Below are positions 13,527 to 26,719 of a stretch of 64,000 nucleotides of DNA, in pieces. Positions within the stretch are counted from its first letter, which is position 1. Every line of letters begins with the position of its first letter. The stretch lies in the NCBI RefSeq assembly GCF_009914755.1, contig NC_060936.1; one strand, given 5' to 3'. Below the pieces are notes generated by a model. That model ran no database searches and was not told the origin of the DNA. It saw only the letters and a list, made by a program, of their open reading frames with translations. Source of the stretch: the human T2T-CHM13v2.0 reference genome, Homo sapiens. The position numbers and the translations under genes are program-made.

Positions 13527-15221
13527 GTGTGTGAGTTACACTGTTTCATTTCTAATGATTCCCATGCCACCGAAGGAGAAAAGAATAAATAAAGCAACAA
13601 CGGCTTGTCCTATTGCAGCCCAGAACAAGTATGGCTATAGTTCTCCTTCAAAACTTAAGCAATGAGAAGGTAAAACATGAGCAAACACGTCTAATTCCTA
13701 TCCCATTTACTTGGATATGGATGCTTTTCTCTCCCTGAAAGCTGGAGAGCTATACTATATAAGGACTGACAACTGACCTCCCTTATTTATACTGCACTGC
13801 TCCCAATATGGCAGCCTCCCCGTTTATGTGTTCACTAAGACATGGTATCTTGACACTAATGAAAAATCCTAAAGTACTGGAGCAAGGACTGATGCAAGAA
13901 AATTAGGGCTTAAAAAAAAAAGTAGAGAAGGAAAACAGAACTCCAAATGGGAGAGGGTGCATTTTGTTCATTTATATGGCTTTCTGCTCCCAAGTCTTCC
14001 ACATGACTAATGTCACACTGTGGTATGCAAACCTCTCAGGCAAATTTTTACAGACAAAGCATAACTTCTCCGAAAAGAAAGGTCTAAGCAACAGAGATTT
14101 AATTCCGTGAAACAGTGAATCAATTCTTAACTATTAACACAGTAAATACCATAATAGGAGCACTGTCCTGCTATAATAAACAGACATGCTCAATTATTGT
14201 GTGCTTCTGCAGCTACTGATCTCTTCAGTAATTATACCATGCAATGAGCTCTACGTTGATATTATGTTAATGTGTGGGGAGGAGACAACTTAAATAATAA
14301 TTAAATCAAGACTCAGTATTTCAGTGGAGCTTACATAAGGCCTGAGAACAAATGGTACATTTCTTAGAAGGAGTTAAAAAAGACATCTCGTTATCTGCTT
14401 CTAATTAAAAAGTTTACATATAAAAACTATCTTGAAATTCTAGTCTCTTAACTGTCCATTTCAAACAAATTAAACTGTCTATCATGTTTCATAATCACCT
14501 GTATTTGTCATATTCATAGCAATAAAATCTTCAAAAATTATTTTACATAGAGAATTTACAATAAAAAGAGAATGGTAAATTGAAAACTTTTTCTACAGAG
14601 ACAAACAAAAGGATAAAGTTCAAGAAAAGTTCCTTACCCCTTTGCAGAACTGTCAAACAACTTCTATTGACCAAGAATAGCACACAGTAAACACACCAAA
14701 CAAAAGAAATGATGAAAGATGTATTTACTTGTTCAGGGCCTTTATTTTTCTTTCTATTTCATATACACCCACACTGAACAGTCTGCATTGTGTTAATAAA
14801 TAACCAGCAGCAACTAAGTGAACAGAGGAGGGTTTCGATGTTGCTGTCAGGTACCAGACAGTTGCTTGGCACTGCGGATACAGTTCTCTACATATGAGCT
14901 GCATGCTCACATAAAAGACAGAGGATATAGGTTAATAGATGGATCCTTTAAAATACTAAATGTGATGGAAAGAAAGGGATAAAAAGCAGAAAAGCAATAG
15001 CTTTTTTTTGTTTTTGTTTTTTGAATTGTCTACCTCTTTCAATTTGGGAAGGAGCAAATGAATTTTAAGTACCATGTCCTGCCAGAGCAATATTTCACCA
15101 GATTACTGGCTGTGTTTATTCAGAAATTTGCTGAACTATAACCTCAAACTCTTCAACATTTGGGAATTTATTATTATTTTCAAATGGTTTCTAATGTTGG
15201 CTCTATGATTTATTCCACATA

Positions 15222-15529
15222 TAGTTAACTCTACACATAACAACATGAATGTCAATGACAGACCACGTATACATCAGGGGTCCCATAGATTATAATACCA
15301 TATTTCTACTGTACCTTTTTTATGTGTAGATACACAAATACTTACTTTTTTGTTACAATTGCCTACCATATTCAGTTCAGTAACATACTGTACAGGCTTG
15401 GAGCCTAGGGGCGATAGGCTACACCATCTAGTTATGTGTAAGTGAACTCTATTACGTTTGCACAAGGGCAAAATCACCTAAGGACACATTTCTCAGAATG
15501 TATTCACATTGTTAAGTGATGCATGACTG
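15222..15529 (-). mobile_element. Tigger3a/MER7A-like MITE, opposite orientation to the 5357-6558 element
   Basis: Ends in gttaagtgatgcatgactg (reverse complement of the Tigger3 left TIR); the internal sequence is reverse-complement-similar to 5357-5620. Confidence 0.8.
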
Positions 15530-18500
15530 TGTGTGTATGTGTGTGCACACACACACATGTATGTGTATAAAATTCAGATCTAATTATAAAATTCTAAATA
15601 TATCTTTCTATATCATTTTTTAAAATACAAGAAGAGTGTGAATAACACACATGAATTGGGAATAAACTGCACAAACTCAGAGGTCAGTGTTTTAGAATTT
15701 ACCTTATTTATGACATTTAATACACAAATAAGAAAAATATTGTGTTGTGTCAGTCTGTGCCATTTTCAGTATTCTGAGCTTATACTTCATAAAAGTTTGT
15801 GTTCAAATGTCCTGTGACAGCCCAGAAACAATCACAGTAGAAGTGAACTCATATATATGCAGTTATTATATCATACATGACTTCTATATAATATGTAAAT
15901 AACCTTGGAAGCAATTAATATAAAAGATAGATGAATAGAAGTTGCTTTTCAAATTCAGGACATCAAAAAAAAAAAAAAGCACTTATTCTTAATTTCAAAC
16001 AAGTTCTTCTCCTAAGCCTCCAAAGTTGGTCATCCAAAAAATGAGAGCAAGGAGCACAATCTGGTATTCAAAGATTATCAACATGTAAGATGGGCTATCT
16101 TAATCATCCAAAATGCCCAGGTCATATGCTCATCCTGTTCTGCCCTAGCCTCACTGCTCCTTCACGATGCTGGCCATATTTGTCCTCAACATCAAGAGTA
16201 GTTCAGATGGGTACACTGGGAGTCCTTGAGGTGTCAGAACTCTGGGAGCAGGTGGCAAAGGAAATTCTGAGTGAGCTCTCCACTGACTCTAGTGCTGTCC
16301 ATGCCTTTCCCATAAACAACTCCTATTTAAAAAAAAAAGACCAAGCATCCACTAGAACCAACCCAAACAGGCCTATTTAATTAGGGCAAATGCTTGATAT
16401 CCACTTCTTCATGTTAAACACACAGCCACACAGGCCTAGGAGGTCTGATTAATTTTAATATGCACGGTCCTGACAAGTGCCTCAAGGGTAACTGAGTGAA
16501 AAACACACATGCACGCACAGACACACAAAATCCTCCAGCTAGTCTTGACAAATCTGTTTCAGAAAAATGCTATGTATGCTGCCCAGATTAGAGTGTTACT
16601 ATTCAGCAAGGGCCTGGACCTTTAATGTGAGGGAAAAGAGGCCTCAGAAACAGGTGGCTGGCTCTTCACTCTTGAATAAGTGATATCCCCAAAAGCTGTG
16701 GCACATAAGCAACAAGAGGGACTGGCACATTCTCCTCATGTTTATTTGCAAATGTAGAGTCTGGGTCAATGGGCCTTCTTTAAGTGATCTATGAATTGAA
16801 ACTGAAAGTCTGGATATGCTAGTTTCAGTGAAGGATAAGAAAACAGGTACACCATTTATCTGAGGGACTTAAGAAGTACCAGAAATGCTTGGGTAAAGAG
16901 AGGTTTGGAATGACTTACATAGACCTGATAGTAGACAAACTAATGTATCAGCAGGAATCAAATAGATTCTTTTTTTATTGAGTCAAATAGCCAAATAAGA
17001 AAAGAATGATGGCTTGATTATTAAGAGAAGATGAAGAAAATGAAGGCTATAATCTTAAATATCATTACATTTTGTTAGCAAAAGTACAAGCTCTAGTTAA
17101 AAAGAAAAATAGAAGCTTTCTGGGACAAATGATTTTCTTATAAAGACAACACTGGTACTCAGCTCCAGGACCTGCTATATAAAAAGATTACCAAGCGGAA
17201 TTTCTGAGCCTTTACAATCCAAGCCAGAGGTATTTCAGGAAAATATAATTTCCTATAACACTAATGAAATAAACAATATCAGCATAAACTGCTATGATGG
17301 ATACCACTTGAAAAGGAGATGACAGTGAACAAGTTTCGCTTCAGTGTTGAAAAATTATGAGGCTTCAAACTCAGCTAACTCAGTGCTAAAGTTAAAACAC
17401 TTATTCCTGAAGAAATAGGCTCTACAGCATTTGAGGGTGTCTTCTTGTCCTGACCTTTAAAAAATAAACTCTTTTCTTTATCATCATTTTATGAGTGTCG
17501 ATTTCCATACAGTGGTGCTTTTGAAAAGGGTGCCTGGAGGTTAGACTCTAGCTTGCTCAACAAGAAGAGAGACATTTTTCAGTGACAGACTGCATAGATG
17601 AACACATAGCCACAATGCATTAGGAGTAGCCTCCAACAGCAGCGGGAGTGTGAGGAACAAAACTTAAAAGGGCTCAATTGAAAAGTACCCTTGTTTGTCC
17701 TTCAGTGGAACAGCACTTACAAAGCCTCTTCAACATGTACTTTGTCAAAAGGACAGTGAGTAACTAAACAAAAGCAACTCAAACCTCTGCCAATTAAAGT
17801 ATCTTTAGGCTTTTCCCCTGATCCGTTCACTTTTTATTTTTCCCACCCCATCAAATGCGATTTTAAAACAAGAGTGAATTTCGAAGTGCCCCCTTTGCCC
17901 AATTAATGGATGCTTTGGGATTTTGAACTTAGGAAAGCCGATCTCCATAATTTCCCCATAAAAATAGTAATTAAAAAGTTGGTAAGATTAAGGGGTAAAT
18001 CTGAAGCTCTAGTTTAACTTGCCTGTTGATGTAATATGGTTCAGTTTAATTTCTAAAGGGCTGCTCAACAACAGACATTTAAATTATAAGAACAAGCATT
18101 GTGATTTATAATGTAAACTCAAACATCAAACATGCAATGCCTGTAGGGATGTTCACAAGGCCAAATATCATGCACCAGGGGCCTGTCTTTGCTACAGAAT
18201 AATTACATGTAATTCTGTAGCACAGCACAGATGAAAATATACTGCTAATAATACCTTCTTTAGCACCCATAAAATAAGTCTTAAAACAGGGAAATAAATT
18301 TTATATCTATTTAGAGGATCTAATGGTCTTATAGGTCAAAACATTTGTAAGAAAAATTAAAAAGACATTAACATAATTTCTGTAAAAAATACAAGTATCA
18401 TAGAAGGTGCAATCAATTAAAGTGAATTATTTTTGTGACAGATGCAAATATCAAAACGATAAATGAAACAATAATGTTGATTTTTTTCAAGTTTTAAAAG

Positions 18501-19167
18501 GATAAATAATGAACAATGGATATGTTACTGTTTTGTTCATAAACATCCAGGAATAAACATAAAACTGTCCAATCCAGTCCCACAAATGGTACAGGTGGGA
18601 TTAAGTGGGTGTTTTAGGATATTTGACTCCAAGAATTTGTATTGCATTGCACAGTAGGACAGAGAGGGACGGGTGGGGGAATGTGAATGAAAATCCTGGT
18701 ATTTCCTTTACCCAACAATGGTCTATAGTCTATAGATGATCCTGAGGGTGAAGGCTTGAGGTCTGCCACCATACATACCTTTTGAAACTCATTGCATTAT
18801 TTGCATTAGTTCTCAGAAGAGAACTCTTTTTTTAAAGTCCATACTAAAGGCAATGAACTGCTTCATGTAAAGTAACACTAGGTAAGTTTGGTAATAAGTT
18901 GTGCCTTTAGGGTCTTGAAATATAAAATTGTGAGCAAAGATTATCTGAAGAAGTTCAGGGAAAAAGTTCTAGTTGTTTAAATAATGATAAAGTCTAGTTC
19001 TAGTAGAAACAAAAATTTCACAAATAAATGCAGTTTCTCACACACAAGGAGCACACTCATCATGGCAAAACAATTTTGGAGGTGTAGGCGTCCTGCTCAG
19101 AAGGAAGAACACTGACAGATACAGATGCTAAATAAAACCAAGCATATGTAGGATCTGAAAGGGGAAC

Positions 19168-19168
19168 T

Positions 19169-19213
<45 letters not shown>
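19168..19213. repeat. (CA)n microsatellite
   Basis: About 20 CA units. Confidence 0.95.
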
Positions 19214-19216
<3 letters not shown>

Positions 19217-22200
19217 GCACATGCGCACACTCAGGCACACAAAAGGAAGGAAAAGAAAAAAAGTAAAGTGATGGGGCAGGGGGAATAAACCACGTAAAGG
19301 AAAGCTAAAATCTTAGAAAGTATGAAAATGTGGGCTTCAATTATATTTGTCTTCAGCTCATATTCACATTTACTGTGGAAACAGAAATATCACAAATCCA
19401 ATGTTAAAACTGCCCCTCCTGGTTTCACACTGGTCACAAGTTTCAATTTAATCCCTATTAATTAAAAAAAAAATTTTGGAAAGTTGTTGTTCATTTAGGC
19501 AACTGCCCAACTACATATTTATTTGGGGAAATGTATATAAATAAACTTCAAAGTAACTACCTGTCCTAGGATTTTTATGACTGTTGAGTTCATTATTGTT
19601 CTTGTTCTTGACTACCTATCCTAAATTTCCAGATATTTGCAGCTCTGAATCCGGTGTTTCGGTATATAAAAGTATTCTGGGAAAGGAGCAGATTTTAACT
19701 ACATAATATTAAAAATGTATAAAGGAGAATTATATTGAAATACATAATGTTTCTGGTATATCTAAAGTAACAATGTTTCAAGGTAGCCAGGGTGAAATAA
19801 TGACAATAACTGGTACAATTCCAAGTTGTTTATAATTTACAAAGTACTTTGATATACATCACTTCATTTGTCTCCTTCAACAATCCCCTGATGAAAGTAG
19901 GGCAGTTAGCATTGCCAACTGAGGGCAGATATTTATTATATTAATACAATTATTATAGCAAATTAAAGGCAAGTAAATATATTTTTTTACAACGTAAATT
20001 ACAAGGTAGATGCTCACTTTTAGGCAAAAAAAAAAACCCTTACTTTAAATTAAAATTTGCATTTCCTGCAAATGATGCAAAATTCAAGAACCAAAATAGA
20101 TAAAATTATACCCCAAATATTGCTAAATATCTGTAAATTATCCCTTCAAAATTGATCAGAGACTAAACTACATAGATGTTAAACTATAATCACTTAGTAA
20201 TCAGTGACAGACTCAGGACTGAAACTCAAACACTGAATACTAACAGTCTAATTACTCTTTTTACATTGTGGATTCATTTGAAAGCCAAAGTTGTGGATTA
20301 TCTCCCCAAAAATGTACAAATACATATATTTTCATCATTTTGCAAACAATTTCCAGGATCTATAAAGCCTCTGAAGAAACTCATGAATCCTGAGTCTGGA
20401 AACTCTGCTACCTCTGAGGGAAGCTTGGAAGACTAGAAGGAACAGGAAAGGTCTTAACAGGAACGTTACATTTCTCTCACCGTATCCCCTAAGAAGAACT
20501 AGGAAAGGAGAGGTTGTGGAGGGAAAGATCCAATAATAAAATTGCCCCAATCTGGAGCCCATCATAAGAAATACAAACTGTCTCCCATACCAGCTCTATT
20601 TACCTAGAAAAGGGTGCTTGTCTCCATTATGTTGAAACACTATTAAAGAACAAGTTACAGCTTTAAATTCTAGAACATTTTTCAAAAATCAAGCCAATTC
20701 ACTTCTCACTTTACCTATAGCAATTGAAGAGAATTATTATCTATGGCCACTAATCCATAGGTAACGTTACCATATCTTCTTAGAGAAGTATGCAGTATTA
20801 AAGTCATTTAAAAGATTAATGTAAATATAAAGTTTTCACTTGTATAAAAATCACTTCATGTGTGTATTTCAATTTTATATCTTGGGTATTAAAATATCTT
20901 GCTTTATGACCTAGGAGAATATTTTAACCTCTAAGTCACAGAAAAAAATGAAAAGAAATGATCTTACAATTCAATAAGGATAGGGGTATACATGTCAGAA
21001 GATTGGAGAAGATGGAATAAATGAGTCAAATAGGGAAGGAGGTAAAAGAAGAGTGTGAGGATATATTTAAAAAGAGAAAGGCAGAAATTGTTTAAAAAGA
21101 CAAATTACACCTAGTCAGTTTGTAGGGGAGAGTTAGCAAGGCTACAAAATGTCAATTAGTAGGTTGACTGTCATCCACAGTTAAGAGAAACAAGCACCTC
21201 CAAAGTCCCCAAGTCAAGAACACTTTATTTAGACAATCACATGCTACTGTAGAAGACAGAATGTAAATAAACAATAATAATGTGGTAAGAACTATAGAGA
21301 TGAGTTAGCATTAGCAGTGTAGACTGACTCGAATTCTGACAAAGTTGTTTGAGGATCATTGAGTCTTAAGAAGTGAATAAAAATTCATCAGGTAGGTAAG
21401 ACGGGAAACGACATTTAAGGCAGTGGAACGGCATATAAAACAGCACAGTAATATTAAAAACAAAGAGTGTTGAGAGAACTGCACGTGATTTCACAAGATT
21501 GCATGACAACATGTACTTTGAAGAGTGGTGGAAAATAAAGTTAAGGGAGAACAATAGGGTAGAGTCAGATTACATATGATTTTTTAGTCAATGCTAAGGA
21601 ATTTTTAGCTGATAGTACTTTTGTTCTAATTCAAGTTCCTCCATATAATAACACGAGCAAATCAGTAAGCCTCGTTTACTCATTTTTAAGATAAGAACTT
21701 ATACTAATTTAAGTGTTTTTGAAGATTACATGAAACAGCCCACATTAACACCTGGCAGGAGAGTTGGACATTTGTTAAGGTCTCTCCTTTCCTTTACCCA
21801 AGGCAGCAAGAGGGCAACACTGAAGCAGTAGAAACATTCTTTTCACAAATATTTCACTTCCCTCAAAAGTAAGGAGTTTAACACTGCAGAAGACACTGAC
21901 AAATAAATGGACAGTTTTATCTGAGTAAGGATAACAATGGAGGCAAATAACAGTTCTTAAAGAGGTAAGAAGGTGAAAATAGCTTGGAGGCAAGAAGAAT
22001 AGACTTGTAGATAGAAGGGATGGAAATCAATGAAAAGTGAGTTGTGTCTGTTGTGGTTCTAGGAGGAAGAAACTTAACTGTGTGAATAAGCTGAAATGGC
22101 CATTTCAAAGAGATGCTGAAGGTGACAAAGACATGAATATAGAAAGATTAAAATAAGCCAGTTAAAATATTGTATCTGTAAGGATTTTATTTTAATTGAG

Positions 22201-23004
22201 ATTTCTAACGTTCTTGACATGGTAAAAATTATTTTCACCTAAACTGTAATTAGCCTAAAGTTTGAATGAAAATCAAGTTTAAATCAGACTCCTCAATTTA
22301 ACTGCTGATCCACATTTATGACCACTGCTGGACACCCGGAAGTAGAGAACACAAGACACTGAGGGATAGTCATCTACCTTTACTTATTGGCAAAATTAAG
22401 ATAGTCGGTTGCCTTCGATTTGTTTAAATTTAATGAAATGGTCTTTAAAACTACGATGGTAACACTATTTCTAAAATATAAAAAACAAAAGCGAGAAAAG
22501 AATATCTGAATGTATGATGTAACTGAAAGGGAAAAAAGGAACCTGGACCCATAAATCATGAAATGGATTCTTGCTTTAGATTTAACATCAACTGCTGTGT
22601 GATCTCAGGCATATATATCTCTGTCTTGGTCTCTCTCTTTCTACAGTGAGAATGGAGTCCTAAAATGTATCTATGTTTCACCCAAATATTTAATTCCTAT
22701 TATTCCACAATTATTTCGCCCTCAGACATTTTTCTAAAATGAGTTTTTTCTTAAGGTACCCTCCAAGGCATTATTTTTGAGCAGTAAAAACTGAGTTAAT
22801 CTCCCATTAAAAGTTTTCTGGAAAATTGATCTCTATTGAGGCATAAGAAATTTACTTTAGTAGAAAACTACTGATCACTACTATTATTCAATACTATTAA
22901 ATATTTCAGATAATATATTATTCAATATTTAAAGTTTAGATACACATGTGTGAAATGATAATAGTAAATGATTATTTGGCAAAATCTCTCATTGGAAGGA
23001 ATAG

Positions 23005-23160
23005 CAATAAGTATTGGTTAAGGGCATAGATTCTAGTCTAAGGTTGATTTTAGGCTGAAAAGTGACCCTGACTTGGTCACTTTAAAACATATTTAATTAT
23101 CAGTTGCCTCATCTGGAAATGGAGATAATAGGAATGAGGATATTGAGATCATGTGAATGG
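23005..23160 (+). mobile_element. MIR SINE relic
   Basis: tggttaagggcatagattct...cagttgcctcatctggaaatggagataata matches the MIR core. Confidence 0.65.
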
Positions 23161-24409
23161 TATTCCCTGAAACTGGAATGGCTATACACAGGAGCCCTGG
23201 TTATAAGGTTTTCATCGAGATTGAAAGAAGCATTTTATATAAATTATTTAATATTGCAGTTAATGCATAATATACACTTAATACATGGTAACAATTTATA
23301 TATAGTAATTTATATATTTTAATGCATTTCCCTTCAATACATAATTATATATTCAATGTCTTGATAGAGGAATTATAGAAATTATGTGTCACATAACGTC
23401 ATATTAAATTTCATTGTCACTCTTAACTGTTAGGTTTAATTGCTGAAGACCAACCGATAGACCATAATTATCACAAAATATAATGTAACTATGTTACATA
23501 GGCCAGATATTTAAAACCATGAATAGACCATGCACTTTAGCATCCCATTCAGTTAGAGTGACACTGGATAAATAAGAACAAATAAGAATCAGAGCTTTTT
23601 GTGTAATGACAGGGAAAACTTCTGATAGAAAAAAAGATGCAAGCCAAATATATCAATATATTATTCTCCTATTTATAAGTTGCAAAATATTTTAATTAAT
23701 CACTTGAAAAATAGGCTGGCTAAAATGAAAGAGAGCTGTCTCTTCTTCAACCCATATGCAAATCTAATTTTCTTTGTAACCATTTCACCTCAGTGGCCTC
23801 CTTTTGTATGGTGCACTATTCTTTTCTAACTTCTGAATTTGTGTTAGTTTGCTGTTGGCAGGGGTAAGGTCGGAAATAATATGGACTTTCTATTGAAATC
23901 TGTGTTCCCCACCTCCATGAAAGGAAGCAAAGACATGAATATGGCACCCTCATAATGATTTAGCTGGGGCTTAATGAAATTTTCATCACAACCTGCTGTT
24001 CATTTTAATGGCCTTTGAAAAACAATGGCAAAAATAGCTTGAGGGAAGAAAAGATTTTTCTGTGGCATATATTTGTGAGCTTAACATTTAGTTACATTCA
24101 CTCTATCTTTGCTTCCCTCATAGTCATGATGTTGTTCCCATTACAGAGCTATGAAAATATTTTGTAGTTTTTAGAGTATAAGTTTTTTAGTTATTTTGTC
24201 AGATTTACTCCTAAGTATTTTATTCTTTCTGATACTATGTTGCATCACAGAGCTTTGGAACATTTGTGCTGTACATAGTGTCATTGTCCTGATGCTTAGA
24301 TGATGTAAGGTTTTGGTGACTATTCTCAGGTCAAATCATACCCTTTGATTAATGAAGTCATTGAAGCCAATGTAGCTTACCAGTTGTTGGAAGAGTCGTA
24401 TACATCTCC

Positions 24410-25453
24410 ATATATACATGTGTATATATAATATATTTATATTTATATGATATATAATATATATTTATATAATATATATTTATATTTATATAATATATAA
24501 GATATATTTATATTTATATTTGTATAATATATAAGATATATTTATATTTATATAATATATAAGATATATTTATATTTATATAATATATAAGATATATTTA
24601 TATTTATATAATATATAAGATATATTTATATTTATATAATATATAAGATATATTTATATTTATATAATATATAAGATATATTTATATTTATATAATATAT
24701 AAGATATATTTATATTTATATAATATATAAGATATATTTATATTTATATAATATATAAGATATATTTATATTTATATAATATATAAGATATATTTATATT
24801 TATATAATATATAAGATATATTTATATTTATATAATATATAAGATATATTTATATTTATATAATATATAAGATATATTTATATTTATATAATATATAAGC
24901 TATATTTATATTTATATAATATATAAGCTATATTTATATTTATATAATATATAAGCTATATTTATATTTATATAATATATAAGCTATATTTATATTTATA
25001 TAATATATAAGATATATTTATATTTATATAATATATAAGATATATTTATATTTATATAATATATAAGATATATTTATATTTATATAATATATAAGATATA
25101 TTTATATTTATATAATATATAAGATATATTTATATTTATATAATATATAAGATATATTTATATTTATATACTATGTTTATATTTATATAATATATATTTA
25201 TATTTATATAGTATATGTTTATATTTATATAATATACATTTATATTTATATAATGTACATTTATATTTATATTATATACATTTATATATTTTTATATAAT
25301 ATATATTTATACTTATATATATATTTATATTTATATATATTTATACTTATATACTATATATTTATATTTATACAACATATATTTATATTACATATATTTA
25401 TATTTATATAATATATATTTATATTACATATATTTATATTTATATTATATATA
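24410..25453. repeat. AT-rich minisatellite: 24 copies of a 28-bp unit (taatatataagatatatttatatttata) in 24491-25168, with degenerate AT flanks
   Basis: The single G recurs every 28 nt from 24535 to 25151 (23 units), plus one unit at 24501; four consecutive units carry aagct instead of aagat. Confidence 0.97.
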
Positions 25454-26071
25454 CCCATTTTTCTTTCTTTGTAATTTAGAAAAACAAAGTTCTGTCAACA
25501 TTCTACTATTCTTTTTTATGATACAATTTTTGCTTTGTTACTGTTTTTTTTGGTGATTAAGATCATTGCCTTACTCAAATACATAAATTACTCCTTGATG
25601 CATCTCTCCCATCATTGCAGTTATTAAATAAACGTTCTTGTCATAGCAAATTCTCAATAAAAGTGAGTCTATTTATAGTTTTGTATATTCAAAGTACATG
25701 TCAAAGAATCTTGTGTATGTAAACATCAATGCATCTTAGTGGTTCTATGTTTATGCTAAAATTACCTTTCTGAAACTAACACTTTTAGATGCTTGCTTTG
25801 TGCAATTTATATTCCAATCTTTCATAAATACTACCTCTGTATTTTCTCTTTGTCTTTATTTACCAAGTCACTCCTCAGCTCAGCTTTTAATATATTTGTA
25901 GAGAAGAAAGTACAAAAGGTACATTGTCGTAGGAAATAAAATAAAAACATTCTCATGTTCAGGTACAATAGTGACGTTTCTTTGTGTCTACATTTCCTGC
26001 TATGGACGCGCTATTGCTCTATTTCTTCTTTTATACCCAAGTTGTTCTTACTAGATATTACCCTTTTCTAA

Positions 26072-26423
<352 letters not shown>

Positions 26424-26719
26424 TAAGAAAATTAGGTGGGGGAGGTATCTATCTCCTGTGCTCTTTCCTGTTGGGACTTACTCATGGGGATTGGCATGTC
26501 ATACACTTCCAAATTAAGAGTCTATGTATCCACTTAGAAATCAATATGATACATTGGGGAATACCAAGGCCATATACCATATTTCCATGGAGAACATCAT
26601 CTAAAGCTGAGCCCCCAAAAGCTACTTTTAAAATACAACACATACTCTCACAAAGCTGGTTCTTGGTAGACCTTAGCCCTGAACTCTAAAGGCATCTCAA
26701 ATGAAAATCAAAAATTAAC

